33,930 bases of DNA from Guillardia theta CCMP2712 (taxonomy: Eukaryota; Protista; Cryptophyta). Of the stretch, positions 1 through 8,482 are shown piece after piece. A program made the translations under genes and the position numbers. The notes beneath the pieces were generated by a model that was given only the letters and a program-made list of their open reading frames with translations, did not search any database and was not told the DNA's origin. Positions within the stretch are counted from its first letter, which is position 1; each line of letters begins with the position of its first letter. Where the stretch lies: NCBI RefSeq assembly GCF_000315625.1, contig NW_005434407.1, forward strand, positions 19,825 to 53,754. The letters run 5' to 3'.

Positions 1-976
1 TCTTGTCTCCGTTCACGTGATGTGTCACGTGACCGGTCAGGTGAGCTGTCAGCGGGGTCACGGACCCTGTCAGCCGGCTGACATGTCACGGGCCTGCTGA
101 CACGGTCCGCTGACCGGTCACGGCCGCCCGGAGAGATCAGGCCCCCGGCCAATCTCCGGACACTTAGCCTCCTGGCGGGCCTCCAGGGGGTCTGAGGCGG
201 GGCTAAAGGCTGCAGTCGGTCTACTGACGGGCCCGGCCGGCAGGATCCGTCGAGAAACAGGGGGGTCAAGGGAGGTTTTCTTCCCCCTGGGAGAAATGTC
301 CTATGGGTTTTTGGATCTGCGATATAAAAAAGTCTTGTCTCGGTCACGTGATGTGTCACGTGACCGGTCAGGTGAGCCTGTCAGCCGGGTCACGGACCCT
401 GTCAGCCGGCTGACATGTCACGGGCCTGCTGACACGGTCCGCTGACCGGTCACGGCCGCCCGGAGAGATCAGGCCCCCGGCCAATCTCCGGACACTTAGC
501 CTCCTGGCGGGCCTCCAGGGGGTCTGAGGCGGGGCTGAAGGCTGCAGTCGGTCTACTGACGGGCCCGGCCGGCAGGATCCGTCGAGAAACAGGGGGGTCT
601 AGGGAGGTTTTCTTCCCCCTGGGAGAAATGTCCTATGGGTTTTTGGATCTGCGATATAAAAAAGTCTTGTCTCGGTCACGTGATGTGTCACGTGACCGGT
701 CAGGTGAGCCTGTCAGCCGGGTCACGGACCCTGTCAGCCGGCTGACATGTCACGGGCCTGCTGACACGGTCCGCTGACCGGTCACGGCCGCCCGGAGAGA
801 TCAGGCCCCCGGCCAATCTCCGGACACTTAGCCTCCTGGCGGGCCTCCAGGGGGTCTGAGGCGGGGCTGAAGGCTGCAGTCGGTCGGAGGCTACTGACGG
901 GCCCGGCCGGCAGGATCCGTCGAGAAACAGGGGGGTCAAGGGAGGTTTTCTTCCTCCTGGGAGAAATGTCCTATGG
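1..976. repeat. GC-rich tandem repeat array, 332-bp unit, about 2.9 copies (1-332, 333-664, 665-976), open at the window edge
   Basis: TCTTGTCT(C) restarts at 1, 333 and 665. Units are near-identical; unit 3 has a 6-bp insertion (about 885-890) and stops at ...GAAATGTCCTATGG (976), where the sequence switches abruptly to AT-rich. Confidence 0.97.
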
Positions 977-1022
977 CATTCAATATGAATAATGATTAAA
1001 AATATTAATAAAGAATAAAAAG

Positions 1023-3713
1023 ATGTCCGCTGAATGCGAACTCTTATATAACAATATGAATAGGGTAAATGTATTGGGCAACAATGGAGAAGAGAGGATA
1101 CTCAATCCACATTCAGGAAGATATATCAAGATACGAGGGCCAAATCGTTCTGAATACAGAAGAAGGAGAAGAGAATGCATAGATATAGAGAACCCATTCT
1201 TAGGTTCAGATACAGTTGATGGCATCCCAGAGGATATTAAGGCACCAACAAAAATCTCAAATGAGGCATCGGCTATAACAGATGAGACCTGGAAGAATTA
1301 TGTAAGAAACAACAAGATGTGGAAATCACCACCAATGAGCAAATTAAATGATTTTGCAACAATAAATCGTTTAGATAGAAAGATACGCTTATATCCTGAT
1401 TCAATCAAGGAGGTTACACAATATGACCCATATGATGAGGAATTTACATTAACAGCAATGGGAAGATCAAGAACAACAATAGACACAAGCAGGCATAGCG
1501 CAAGACAGGGCAGGAGTTCAACTATACCAACAAACAGTGTTACAAATTATAACATACCAACCAATGACAATGCAGCGACAACAGCCAACAACAGACGAAC
1601 TAATACAACAAACAACAATAGAAGAACAAATGCAAGAACCAATAACAACAGAGCACCAACAAACAGCAACAATACAAATCGTCAGACAATAAATGAAATT
1701 ATGGCAGATATTGATGAGCTTTTATCAAGACCATTATTTGGCTTAATAAGCATGAATGATAGATCTTCTGATGTGGAGAGAGATATTAAGAAAAGGGTGG
1801 AAAAATATATAGAGGACAATGCAGATGTGTACAGAACAGGACCACCTCTAGCAAAAGTAAAGGATATGATGGCGTTTCTATTGATGATAAAACAGATGAT
1901 AGATTTTATTAAAGGCACAAATATAAGTGCATTAAGAAATACAAAAGAATATAGGACAGCAATGACATATTTCAATGAACTAAAGAACAAGATTCAAACT
2001 GAGGCAAATAGAATCCAACAGCTTATCAACAATGGAGATTTACCTTCAAGTGTATTTAGAGAGTTATTGCCAATAATGAATAACAGCAATCCACCTGTGG
2101 GATCAACAAAGAATGCATTGCTTCTAGATTTTATAATGATGCACCGGAACAAGTTCTACAAGGATGATAGCATTCCAAAGGAGATGCTGTCTCTTCTAAA
2201 TAAATTGAAGGGCAATATGTCATCTGATGATAGGAGCAAGATAGATAGTGTGAGCACAGACAGAGTAACAGATGTGGAAAATTGTCTGAATACATATGAT
2301 GGAATAATCAATTATCCACAACAGAACAGTGAGTATAAAAGATTTGCCAAGAAGATGAAGAAGATCTGCAACAGACTACAGAAAACAAGCAACAATGATG
2401 AGAAGAGGATGAGAACATTATCGAAACATCTTCAGGAGATATTCCATACAAAGGTAAGAATGTATAGGACACAATTTATGTTTTCAAAACAGGATCCTGC
2501 ATTGAAGCAATACTATTTGAAATATAAGAGAAACGAATTAACATTGAGAGATATAGCAAAACACATCTCATATAAAGCTACATCATTCCGTGTAGGTTTT
2601 ACAGGAGAACAAGGCGTAGATATGGGTGGTCTATCAAATGAATTATATAGGATGTTAGAAACAGAGATAAATGAGGAGGACAACAAAATATTTGTTCCAA
2701 TATCAGAGAATTCAAGCAATTATCAGATGAACAAGGATCTTGATATGACAAGACTTGGATTGAGAGAGAGTGATAGGATACAATTCTATGAATTCTTGGG
2801 AGCCTTAGTATTCTCAATGATGAGGTCTGGTTATAGATTGAATTACAATCTATCAAAGATCATCCTTTATAATATTCTCTATAACAAGATATCGGATGAT
2901 GAAAAGATCTTTTTAGCAGTGAATGAGTTTGGAATGTTAAGCTCTGTTTTAAATATTATGAAGCCTGATCTTGACATAAGCATGATTGGATTATCATATG
3001 GTGAGGGTGATAATGAGCACAATGTTGAGAATCCTAGAGACTATATAGAATATCTAAGAAGAGATGCAACAGAGAAGCTAGATAGGGTTCTGAATGATAA
3101 GGTTAATGAGGCATTTATGGCAGGGTTTGTAGGAGCAACCTCATTTACAACCTTCCGCAAGAGCATATTGAAAAAGATTGAGGACAATGATGATGTTAAC
3201 TATCTGAATAGAGTGATCAGAATATATGATCTAAGCATGCTGATAACATCAGAAAAGATTACTCCTGAGATCATTGAAAGAAGGATCTTGAATGGAGCGC
3301 ATTCATTAAAGACTAACAGCTCTGCAAATATCAAAAACCATTACATATTTGAGTTTTTTATTAGGATGATTATGGATAAAGATGGATATCCTATAGAACA
3401 CGTTAGAGATATGAAGAGGAGATATCCCCATAGAAAATATCCAATGACTTGGGAGGAATTCATTCAAAAGCTGATGATATATTGGACGGGCAATAGAAAC
3501 ATAATGATCCCTAATGAAAACTTTAGATACAAATTACATGGAATAGGTATTGATCAAGAGACTATGGTAAACATAGCTTCACACACCTGTTTTCAGACAA
3601 TTGATATTAATGTGAATATAGTAGATGATGTTCCTGATACTGAGAGATATAGAAAATTTGTTGAGAAGATTATAGAGGAAGTAACAGTGACAACAAATTT
3701 TACAACAGAATAA
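1023..3713 (+). CDS. HECT-domain E3 ubiquitin ligase with putative N-terminal 2-cysteine adaptor motif and Asn/Thr/Arg-rich linker
   Basis: HECT N-lobe signature FTGEQGVDMGGLSNELY, YEFLGALV, C-lobe KLMIYWTG and catalytic SHTCFQTIDI (cf. AHTCFNRLDL). N-terminus reads C...NPHSGRYIKIRGP...EC. Confidence 0.9.
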   Translation: MSAECELLYNNMNRVNVLGNNGEERILNPHSGRYIKIRGPNRSEYRRRRRECIDIENPFLGSDTVDGIPEDIKAPTKISNEASAITDETWKNYVRNNKMWKSPPMSKLNDFATINRLDRKIRLYPDSIKEVTQYDPYDEEFTLTAMGRSRTTIDTSRHSARQGRSSTIPTNSVTNYNIPTNDNAATTANNRRTNTTNNNRRTNARTNNNRAPTNSNNTNRQTINEIMADIDELLSRPLFGLISMNDRSSDVERDIKKRVEKYIEDNADVYRTGPPLAKVKDMMAFLLMIKQMIDFIKGTNISALRNTKEYRTAMTYFNELKNKIQTEANRIQQLINNGDLPSSVFRELLPIMNNSNPPVGSTKNALLLDFIMMHRNKFYKDDSIPKEMLSLLNKLKGNMSSDDRSKIDSVSTDRVTDVENCLNTYDGIINYPQQNSEYKRFAKKMKKICNRLQKTSNNDEKRMRTLSKHLQEIFHTKVRMYRTQFMFSKQDPALKQYYLKYKRNELTLRDIAKHISYKATSFRVGFTGEQGVDMGGLSNELYRMLETEINEEDNKIFVPISENSSNYQMNKDLDMTRLGLRESDRIQFYEFLGALVFSMMRSGYRLNYNLSKIILYNILYNKISDDEKIFLAVNEFGMLSSVLNIMKPDLDISMIGLSYGEGDNEHNVENPRDYIEYLRRDATEKLDRVLNDKVNEAFMAGFVGATSFTTFRKSILKKIEDNDDVNYLNRVIRIYDLSMLITSEKITPEIIERRILNGAHSLKTNSSANIKNHYIFEFFIRMIMDKDGYPIEHVRDMKRRYPHRKYPMTWEEFIQKLMIYWTGNRNIMIPNENFRYKLHGIGIDQETMVNIASHTCFQTIDINVNIVDDVPDTERYRKFVEKIIEEVTVTTNFTTE

Positions 3714-3829
3714 AAATCTTTATATTTTGGGTAATGTTGTTGTTGATTGCAACTATAAGGAATTTATCAAACTTCATTGGATGATCTACAAAATGAAATC
3801 AGGGTCATGTCTTTGTGTTATTAGATGCG

Positions 3830-4681
3830 ATGCAGACAATCTATAAGAATGATTACAAGGAAAAACAAGACATCATCATCCTTGATTTTGATTGGTGTGT
3901 TATAACTCCGAGATGCATCCAGAATAAGAGGCCATCATCTCCAGATGATTGGAGGTTATCACAATCCAATGTGATAGATGTATTAAAGAGTTATATATGT
4001 AATGATTTTTCTGTGATATTCTTCAATGAATATCGTCCATTTATAGAAGAGAATATTGATAGGTTTGCAGAATTATACAATATTCCATTTCTTGCTATGA
4101 TTGTGCACGAGAAGGAGTACATAAAACCAAGCACATTAGGATTGATATCATATACATTATCGGAGCGATCTGTATTTGTATCAAATAGTGTGGATGAGGA
4201 TTTGAATATTGAATTCTGCAAGAGATTGGGCGTGAGGATGACTTACTGCTATCGATTGTTTCCTGTTTATGATATAAAGCGTGAAACACCAGAGATAGTT
4301 GTATTGGTAGGATATCCTGGTTCGGGCAAGACAACATATGCGATAAAGAATTATTCGAACAGAGAGAGCTATGTTATATTGCATAATGATGAGATGAAGG
4401 GAAGATTATTGAAGAGGTTGTGTGAAGAGCTAGATTTGGGGAAATCTGTGATTGTAGATGCAACAAATCCATCAAGATTGTGCAGACAGAGATATATTAG
4501 GATAGGGATGCAGAGAGGAGTGGAGGTTCGATGTATCCACATAAGCACAGATAACTACATATCGAATAGAAGGAACAGGCACAGACCAAACAAGGTGCCT
4601 AACTCAGTATTTAGGAACTATACAAAGATGTTCGATAAGCCATCATTGGAGGAGGGCTTCAAAAATATATTGATAATATAA
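3830..4681 (+). CDS. Polynucleotide kinase/3'-phosphatase (PNKP-like; HAD phosphatase then P-loop kinase)
   Basis: HAD motif I-like ILDFDWCV, PxxPDDW, Walker A VGYPGSGKTT, VIVDATNPS, RNRHR, and C-terminal PSLEEGF. ATG 3830 is preferred over GTG 3815 because AAAATGA sits 33 nt upstream. Confidence 0.88.
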   Translation: MQTIYKNDYKEKQDIIILDFDWCVITPRCIQNKRPSSPDDWRLSQSNVIDVLKSYICNDFSVIFFNEYRPFIEENIDRFAELYNIPFLAMIVHEKEYIKPSTLGLISYTLSERSVFVSNSVDEDLNIEFCKRLGVRMTYCYRLFPVYDIKRETPEIVVLVGYPGSGKTTYAIKNYSNRESYVILHNDEMKGRLLKRLCEELDLGKSVIVDATNPSRLCRQRYIRIGMQRGVEVRCIHISTDNYISNRRNRHRPNKVPNSVFRNYTKMFDKPSLEEGFKNILII

Positions 4682-4693
4682 AATAAGAACATT

Positions 4694-4924
4694 ATGGATC
4701 TTATATCGTTATTGGTATGGGCGTTTATAATATACATGCTATGGATTTTTATTGATGCAATATCATCTTTAAGAGAGGAGGTGAAGGAGATGCGGATAAG
4801 GTGTATAAAAGAGGTGCATAACAATGATATAAGTGCATTGGAGAGCAATCCAACAAAGGATCCTAAGAAGACTGTGATCGATCAATTCTCAAATCTAACA
4901 ACATATATAAAGAAGATAGTATGA
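4694..4924 (+). CDS. Small protein with N-terminal transmembrane helix
   Basis: Hydrophobic N-terminus LISLLVWAFIIYMLWIFI; fills the gap between two co-oriented genes. Confidence 0.7.
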   Translation: MDLISLLVWAFIIYMLWIFIDAISSLREEVKEMRIRCIKEVHNNDISALESNPTKDPKKTVIDQFSNLTTYIKKIV

Positions 4925-4947
4925 TATACATATAATAGTTATGAAAG

Positions 4948-5631
4948 ATGCCAAGGAAGAAGATCCTTAAAGAACCTGTTATAAAGAACAAGACAGTGGA
5001 TTCTTTGTTTGCAACGAAGCAGATTGATGATAACTATGTATTGCAGTTGCATCTAAGTGACATTTTTATTAACAGTGTGATAAACAATGACAATGTGAAT
5101 AGCGATACGGAACCCAAGGCGTATGAGCCATCGGATGTGTTTGCAAATGAGGCGGGACAGATAAATGAGGAGACCTGTGCAAACAGCACAAGGTCTGTAT
5201 GTTTTTGGTGTTGTCATGATATAACAAATTTCTCCTGCAGCCTTCCCTTATATTATAATCATCTGAAGGGGTTCTTTACGGTCTATGGGACATTCTGTTC
5301 ATTCCAATGTGCATCTGCATACAATTTTTCAATGAATTGCAAGAGTGATAGAGTATGGTATATAAATTCTCTTATCAATATGTTGGCTTCGAGACATGGA
5401 TACAAAGAGAAGATAAGGCCAGCGCCATCGAGATATCTATTAGAGATGTTTGGTGGGCCAATGAATATAGAGGAATTTCGCGGGGTGCATCAGGATTATG
5501 AGAGATCTCACATAATAAACATACCACCTATGATCGCGATAAATCCAAGCAATGAGATATTGAATACATCATATATCAGCAAGAAGACCAACAAGGGATC
5601 CATCGATAAGAAGATATCTGAACAAAAATGA
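4948..5631 (+). CDS. Viral late transcription factor VLTF2-like (poxvirus A1L family, FCS/MYM-type Zn finger)
   Basis: CFWCCH...GTFCSFQCASAY and APSRYLLEMFGGPMNIEEFR, typical of NCLDV VLTF2; directly upstream of TBP. Confidence 0.88.
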   Translation: MPRKKILKEPVIKNKTVDSLFATKQIDDNYVLQLHLSDIFINSVINNDNVNSDTEPKAYEPSDVFANEAGQINEETCANSTRSVCFWCCHDITNFSCSLPLYYNHLKGFFTVYGTFCSFQCASAYNFSMNCKSDRVWYINSLINMLASRHGYKEKIRPAPSRYLLEMFGGPMNIEEFRGVHQDYERSHIINIPPMIAINPSNEILNTSYISKKTNKGSIDKKISEQK

Positions 5632-5664
5632 TATAAGCAATAAAGTTTCTTTAAGTACCATGAA

Positions 5665-6534
5665 ATGGAGATGAGTATGTTATACTTTTCTCCATATAGG
5701 GTATCAACAATCACATCAAACTTTGATATAATCAACATTGATGATGGATCAAAAGTGAAGATAGATCTGATGTTGTTATTCCATAACATAACAATCAGGG
5801 ATGGCAATATGAATTTTGTTTGGACACAGTGTGTTGATAAGGAGACCCAACAGGATATAACACGCGGAGAGTATCCGAACAAGAAGCGGAGGACTGCCTA
5901 TAAGAAGAACAGGAGGAAGTTTGACAATCAGATATCATTCTTGTTCAAGATAGATGATGGATACTATCCAAATGTCAAGGTATTCCAGAATGGGAATATA
6001 CAGATGACGGGATCTAGATCATTTGAGGATACAATCCCAGCCGTGGAGGCAATCTTGAGAGAGATACAGAGCATTGCAATGAAGGATATACAGATTATAT
6101 CTATTGATTACAAGAAGATAAAGTATGATAATTTCAAGGTTAGGCTCATTAATACGGATTTTAGGGTATATCAGGATCCGGAAATGACCGAGAGGTTCTA
6201 TTTGAAGCGTAAGGAGCTGCATAGGCTTCTTATTGAGAAGAATGAGATCATTGCCTGGTTCAATGCAAATACCTATCCTGGTGTTAAGATTGAGTATTGG
6301 TGGAACAAGGACAATCCTGACAATAAGGGAAAAAGAGATCTATCAAAGCCTGTCCCAACCAAGGGTGTGATAAGCGATATAAAAAAGATAACAATTGCAG
6401 TGTTCGAGAGTGGGAGCATACTCATCACAGGTGCTATTACATTTGAGCAGGTGAATGAGGCATATCAATACATTTGTGATTTCCTATCATTGCATGTTAA
6501 GAGCATTGCTATAAAATTTGCGAATAGCAAGTGA
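5665..6534 (+). CDS. TATA-box-binding protein-like
   Basis: Two TBP repeats: NVKVFQNGNIQMTG and YPGVKIEY...ITIAVFESGSILITGA. Confidence 0.9.
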   Translation: MEMSMLYFSPYRVSTITSNFDIINIDDGSKVKIDLMLLFHNITIRDGNMNFVWTQCVDKETQQDITRGEYPNKKRRTAYKKNRRKFDNQISFLFKIDDGYYPNVKVFQNGNIQMTGSRSFEDTIPAVEAILREIQSIAMKDIQIISIDYKKIKYDNFKVRLINTDFRVYQDPEMTERFYLKRKELHRLLIEKNEIIAWFNANTYPGVKIEYWWNKDNPDNKGKRDLSKPVPTKGVISDIKKITIAVFESGSILITGAITFEQVNEAYQYICDFLSLHVKSIAIKFANSK

Positions 6535-6760
6535 TCCCGTGTGTGGTATCGATATAATCATTTATGCTGTTGTTTCCAGTTCTTGTATATCCGGGTATTT
6601 GCCAGGGAACACTGAAGTGTTTCATGTATTCCTCGGCTTCAGGGGTGATATGCTTAGGATATTCATTGGGATCAACCTTGCCAACATAAATCCCACGCCC
6701 ATCATCTGCTGGTGGTATATTTACATCTGAATTCTCTATGTATGTATATTTTAAAGTCAT
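6509..6760 (-). CDS. Hypothetical protein (83 aa)
   Basis: ATG-initiated ORF with plausible composition filling the gap; 26-nt tail-to-tail overlap with TBP. Confidence 0.5.
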   Translation of the reverse strand: MTLKYTYIENSDVNIPPADDGRGIYVGKVDPNEYPKHITPEAEEYMKHFSVPWQIPGYTRTGNNSINDYIDTTHGITCYSQIL

Positions 6761-6793
6761 TTTTTTATTTATGTCATATAATAAATTCTTGAT

Positions 6794-7114
6794 ATGTCTG
6801 CTGATTTTGTGCAGGATGGATTAACATCTGAAGAATTGTTGAATATTGTCATAGAGATACATACAAAGGTCAAGGATGGAAAGGACATAGACAGATTGAG
6901 AGAGATATATGCACAGAAATATGCATTCTTCAGTGAGAGATATCCAACACTATTCAATACTTTGTTTCAATCTAGTTTTGATATAGACAATTTCAAGTGT
7001 ATGATGGATATGAGGAGAAAGATAGAGAACAATGAAGAGACTGTTAAGAGTGCATCGGAATATATTGGATTAAAGTTCTTTAAACAATTCCATCCAGATA
7101 TGGATAAAAAATGA
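6794..7114 (+). CDS. Hypothetical protein, NCLDV-type (FSERYPTLF motif)
   Basis: Clean ORF in a compact core gene block. Confidence 0.7.
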   Translation: MSADFVQDGLTSEELLNIVIEIHTKVKDGKDIDRLREIYAQKYAFFSERYPTLFNTLFQSSFDIDNFKCMMDMRRKIENNEETVKSASEYIGLKFFKQFHPDMDKK

Positions 7115-7150
7115 AAGCACTTAAGACTATATTGTGTACAATATATAAAT

Positions 7151-8482
7151 ATGTCACAATTGTTAAAATCATTGGTTGAGACTACAAAACAGGTGTATGA
7201 AGAGAAAGATATTTCCTATAGCAATAGCCTCTTAACAGTATTGAGAGATAAACACTATTGGCCAAAGCTACAGATAAAGAGATTTAGCAACAATCCTACC
7301 ATGGTTCTATTGCACAATACATACAAGAGAAACAATACCGAAGATTTCCAAGAGCTATATGATGAGTGTAGGAGTGTGATATTTGATTTTGCAAATACAG
7401 ACAATGCAGTGCTATCTTGTTCTACCAGCATCCCATTAAGGATGAGTGATGAGGAGTATGAACCAGATGATAATGATGTATGTGAGATTGCATATGATTC
7501 TACTCTGATATATGTTTATTTCAATAATGATAATTGGTTCTTTAGCACCACAAGCTGTACATCGGTGGATAGCTCCAAATTTTCACATCCTACAAAGAGG
7601 CATGGTACAATGTTTAATGAGGCATTGCAGGAGTTATTCCCCAGTGTGCAAGAGAATGTAAGAGAGCATTTTGTTACATATCTGAACAAGGAGCATGTTT
7701 ATGAGTTTGCTCTTGTGCACCATGAGAATACCAAATTCATTGATTATAGAGAGGAGCTTGGTGAGGGATACAAGAAGATATTTCATATTAGCACAAAGAT
7801 AAAATTTGGTAGTCAGATAAACCATAGGCATGCCCTGTCAGATATTGGGATAATGTATCCAGATGTGTTTGATGACCCTATGCAGGCAATTGATTATATA
7901 CGCAACAACAAAACATATGGTTTCATTGTGATAAGAGATAATAAGAAGGTCCTTAAGGTTTCATCCAAGTCTCTCCTGTTTCGTGAGGAGACAGATCATT
8001 GCAATCCAAATCCTTGGAGAAATCTAATCTGGATATATCAACAACAGAGGGAGAATTATTCCATAAATGAGTATATAAAAGAGCACAATATTGAGCTCTC
8101 TGTAGATAACAATGGAAATGAGATAGATGCACAGGATTTGATTGATACATGCATGCATACATTATGTGATCTCATATACAAGATGTATATCACCACAACA
8201 TCATATTATCCAAAATACAATAGATTTAAGATGTCAAAAGAGATAGATAAGAAGCTGCCTCCCAAGTTGCAGTTTCATTTAGCCCAACTAAGGTATCATC
8301 AGATAACAAAGTATAAGGATACAAAAGCAATCATAAAACCAGAGCATGTAATGGAGTATTTATGTAAAGATAATAATGTCAAGAATATCATATCATTGAT
8401 TAAGCTCATTGCAATAAATAAAACATTTGATATTCCTGAAAATGTTATTGAAAAATTTGAATTGATAAGAGGATATCTCTAA
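7151..8482 (+). CDS. Degenerate T4 Rnl1-like (RNA ligase fold) protein, probably catalytically inactive
   Basis: ECRSVIFD (cf. ECRGIMFE), IAYDSTLIYVY (cf. TKEDGSLVSTY), YEFALVHHEN and YGFIVIRDNKKVLKV (cf. EGYVAVMKDGSHFKIK). The ORF is certain; the fold is inferred. Confidence 0.6.
   Translation: MSQLLKSLVETTKQVYEEKDISYSNSLLTVLRDKHYWPKLQIKRFSNNPTMVLLHNTYKRNNTEDFQELYDECRSVIFDFANTDNAVLSCSTSIPLRMSDEEYEPDDNDVCEIAYDSTLIYVYFNNDNWFFSTTSCTSVDSSKFSHPTKRHGTMFNEALQELFPSVQENVREHFVTYLNKEHVYEFALVHHENTKFIDYREELGEGYKKIFHISTKIKFGSQINHRHALSDIGIMYPDVFDDPMQAIDYIRNNKTYGFIVIRDNKKVLKVSSKSLLFREETDHCNPNPWRNLIWIYQQQRENYSINEYIKEHNIELSVDNNGNEIDAQDLIDTCMHTLCDLIYKMYITTTSYYPKYNRFKMSKEIDKKLPPKLQFHLAQLRYHQITKYKDTKAIIKPEHVMEYLCKDNNVKNIISLIKLIAINKTFDIPENVIEKFELIRGYL

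Noticed and set aside
700-939. 79-aa ORF inside the GC-rich array
   Set aside because: Lies within a tandem repeat, has a non-ATG start and low-complexity Pro/Arg product; expected by chance in GC-rich DNA.
1-976. Array as CRISPR or rRNA/tRNA cluster
   Set aside because: No unique spacers and no cloverleaf or rRNA motifs; whole 332-bp units repeat.
3830-8482. PNKP plus ligase as a functional T4-like RNA repair system
   Set aside because: The ligase-like protein lacks the catalytic Lys, and the PNKP has eukaryotic DNA-repair domain order with an eroded phosphatase.
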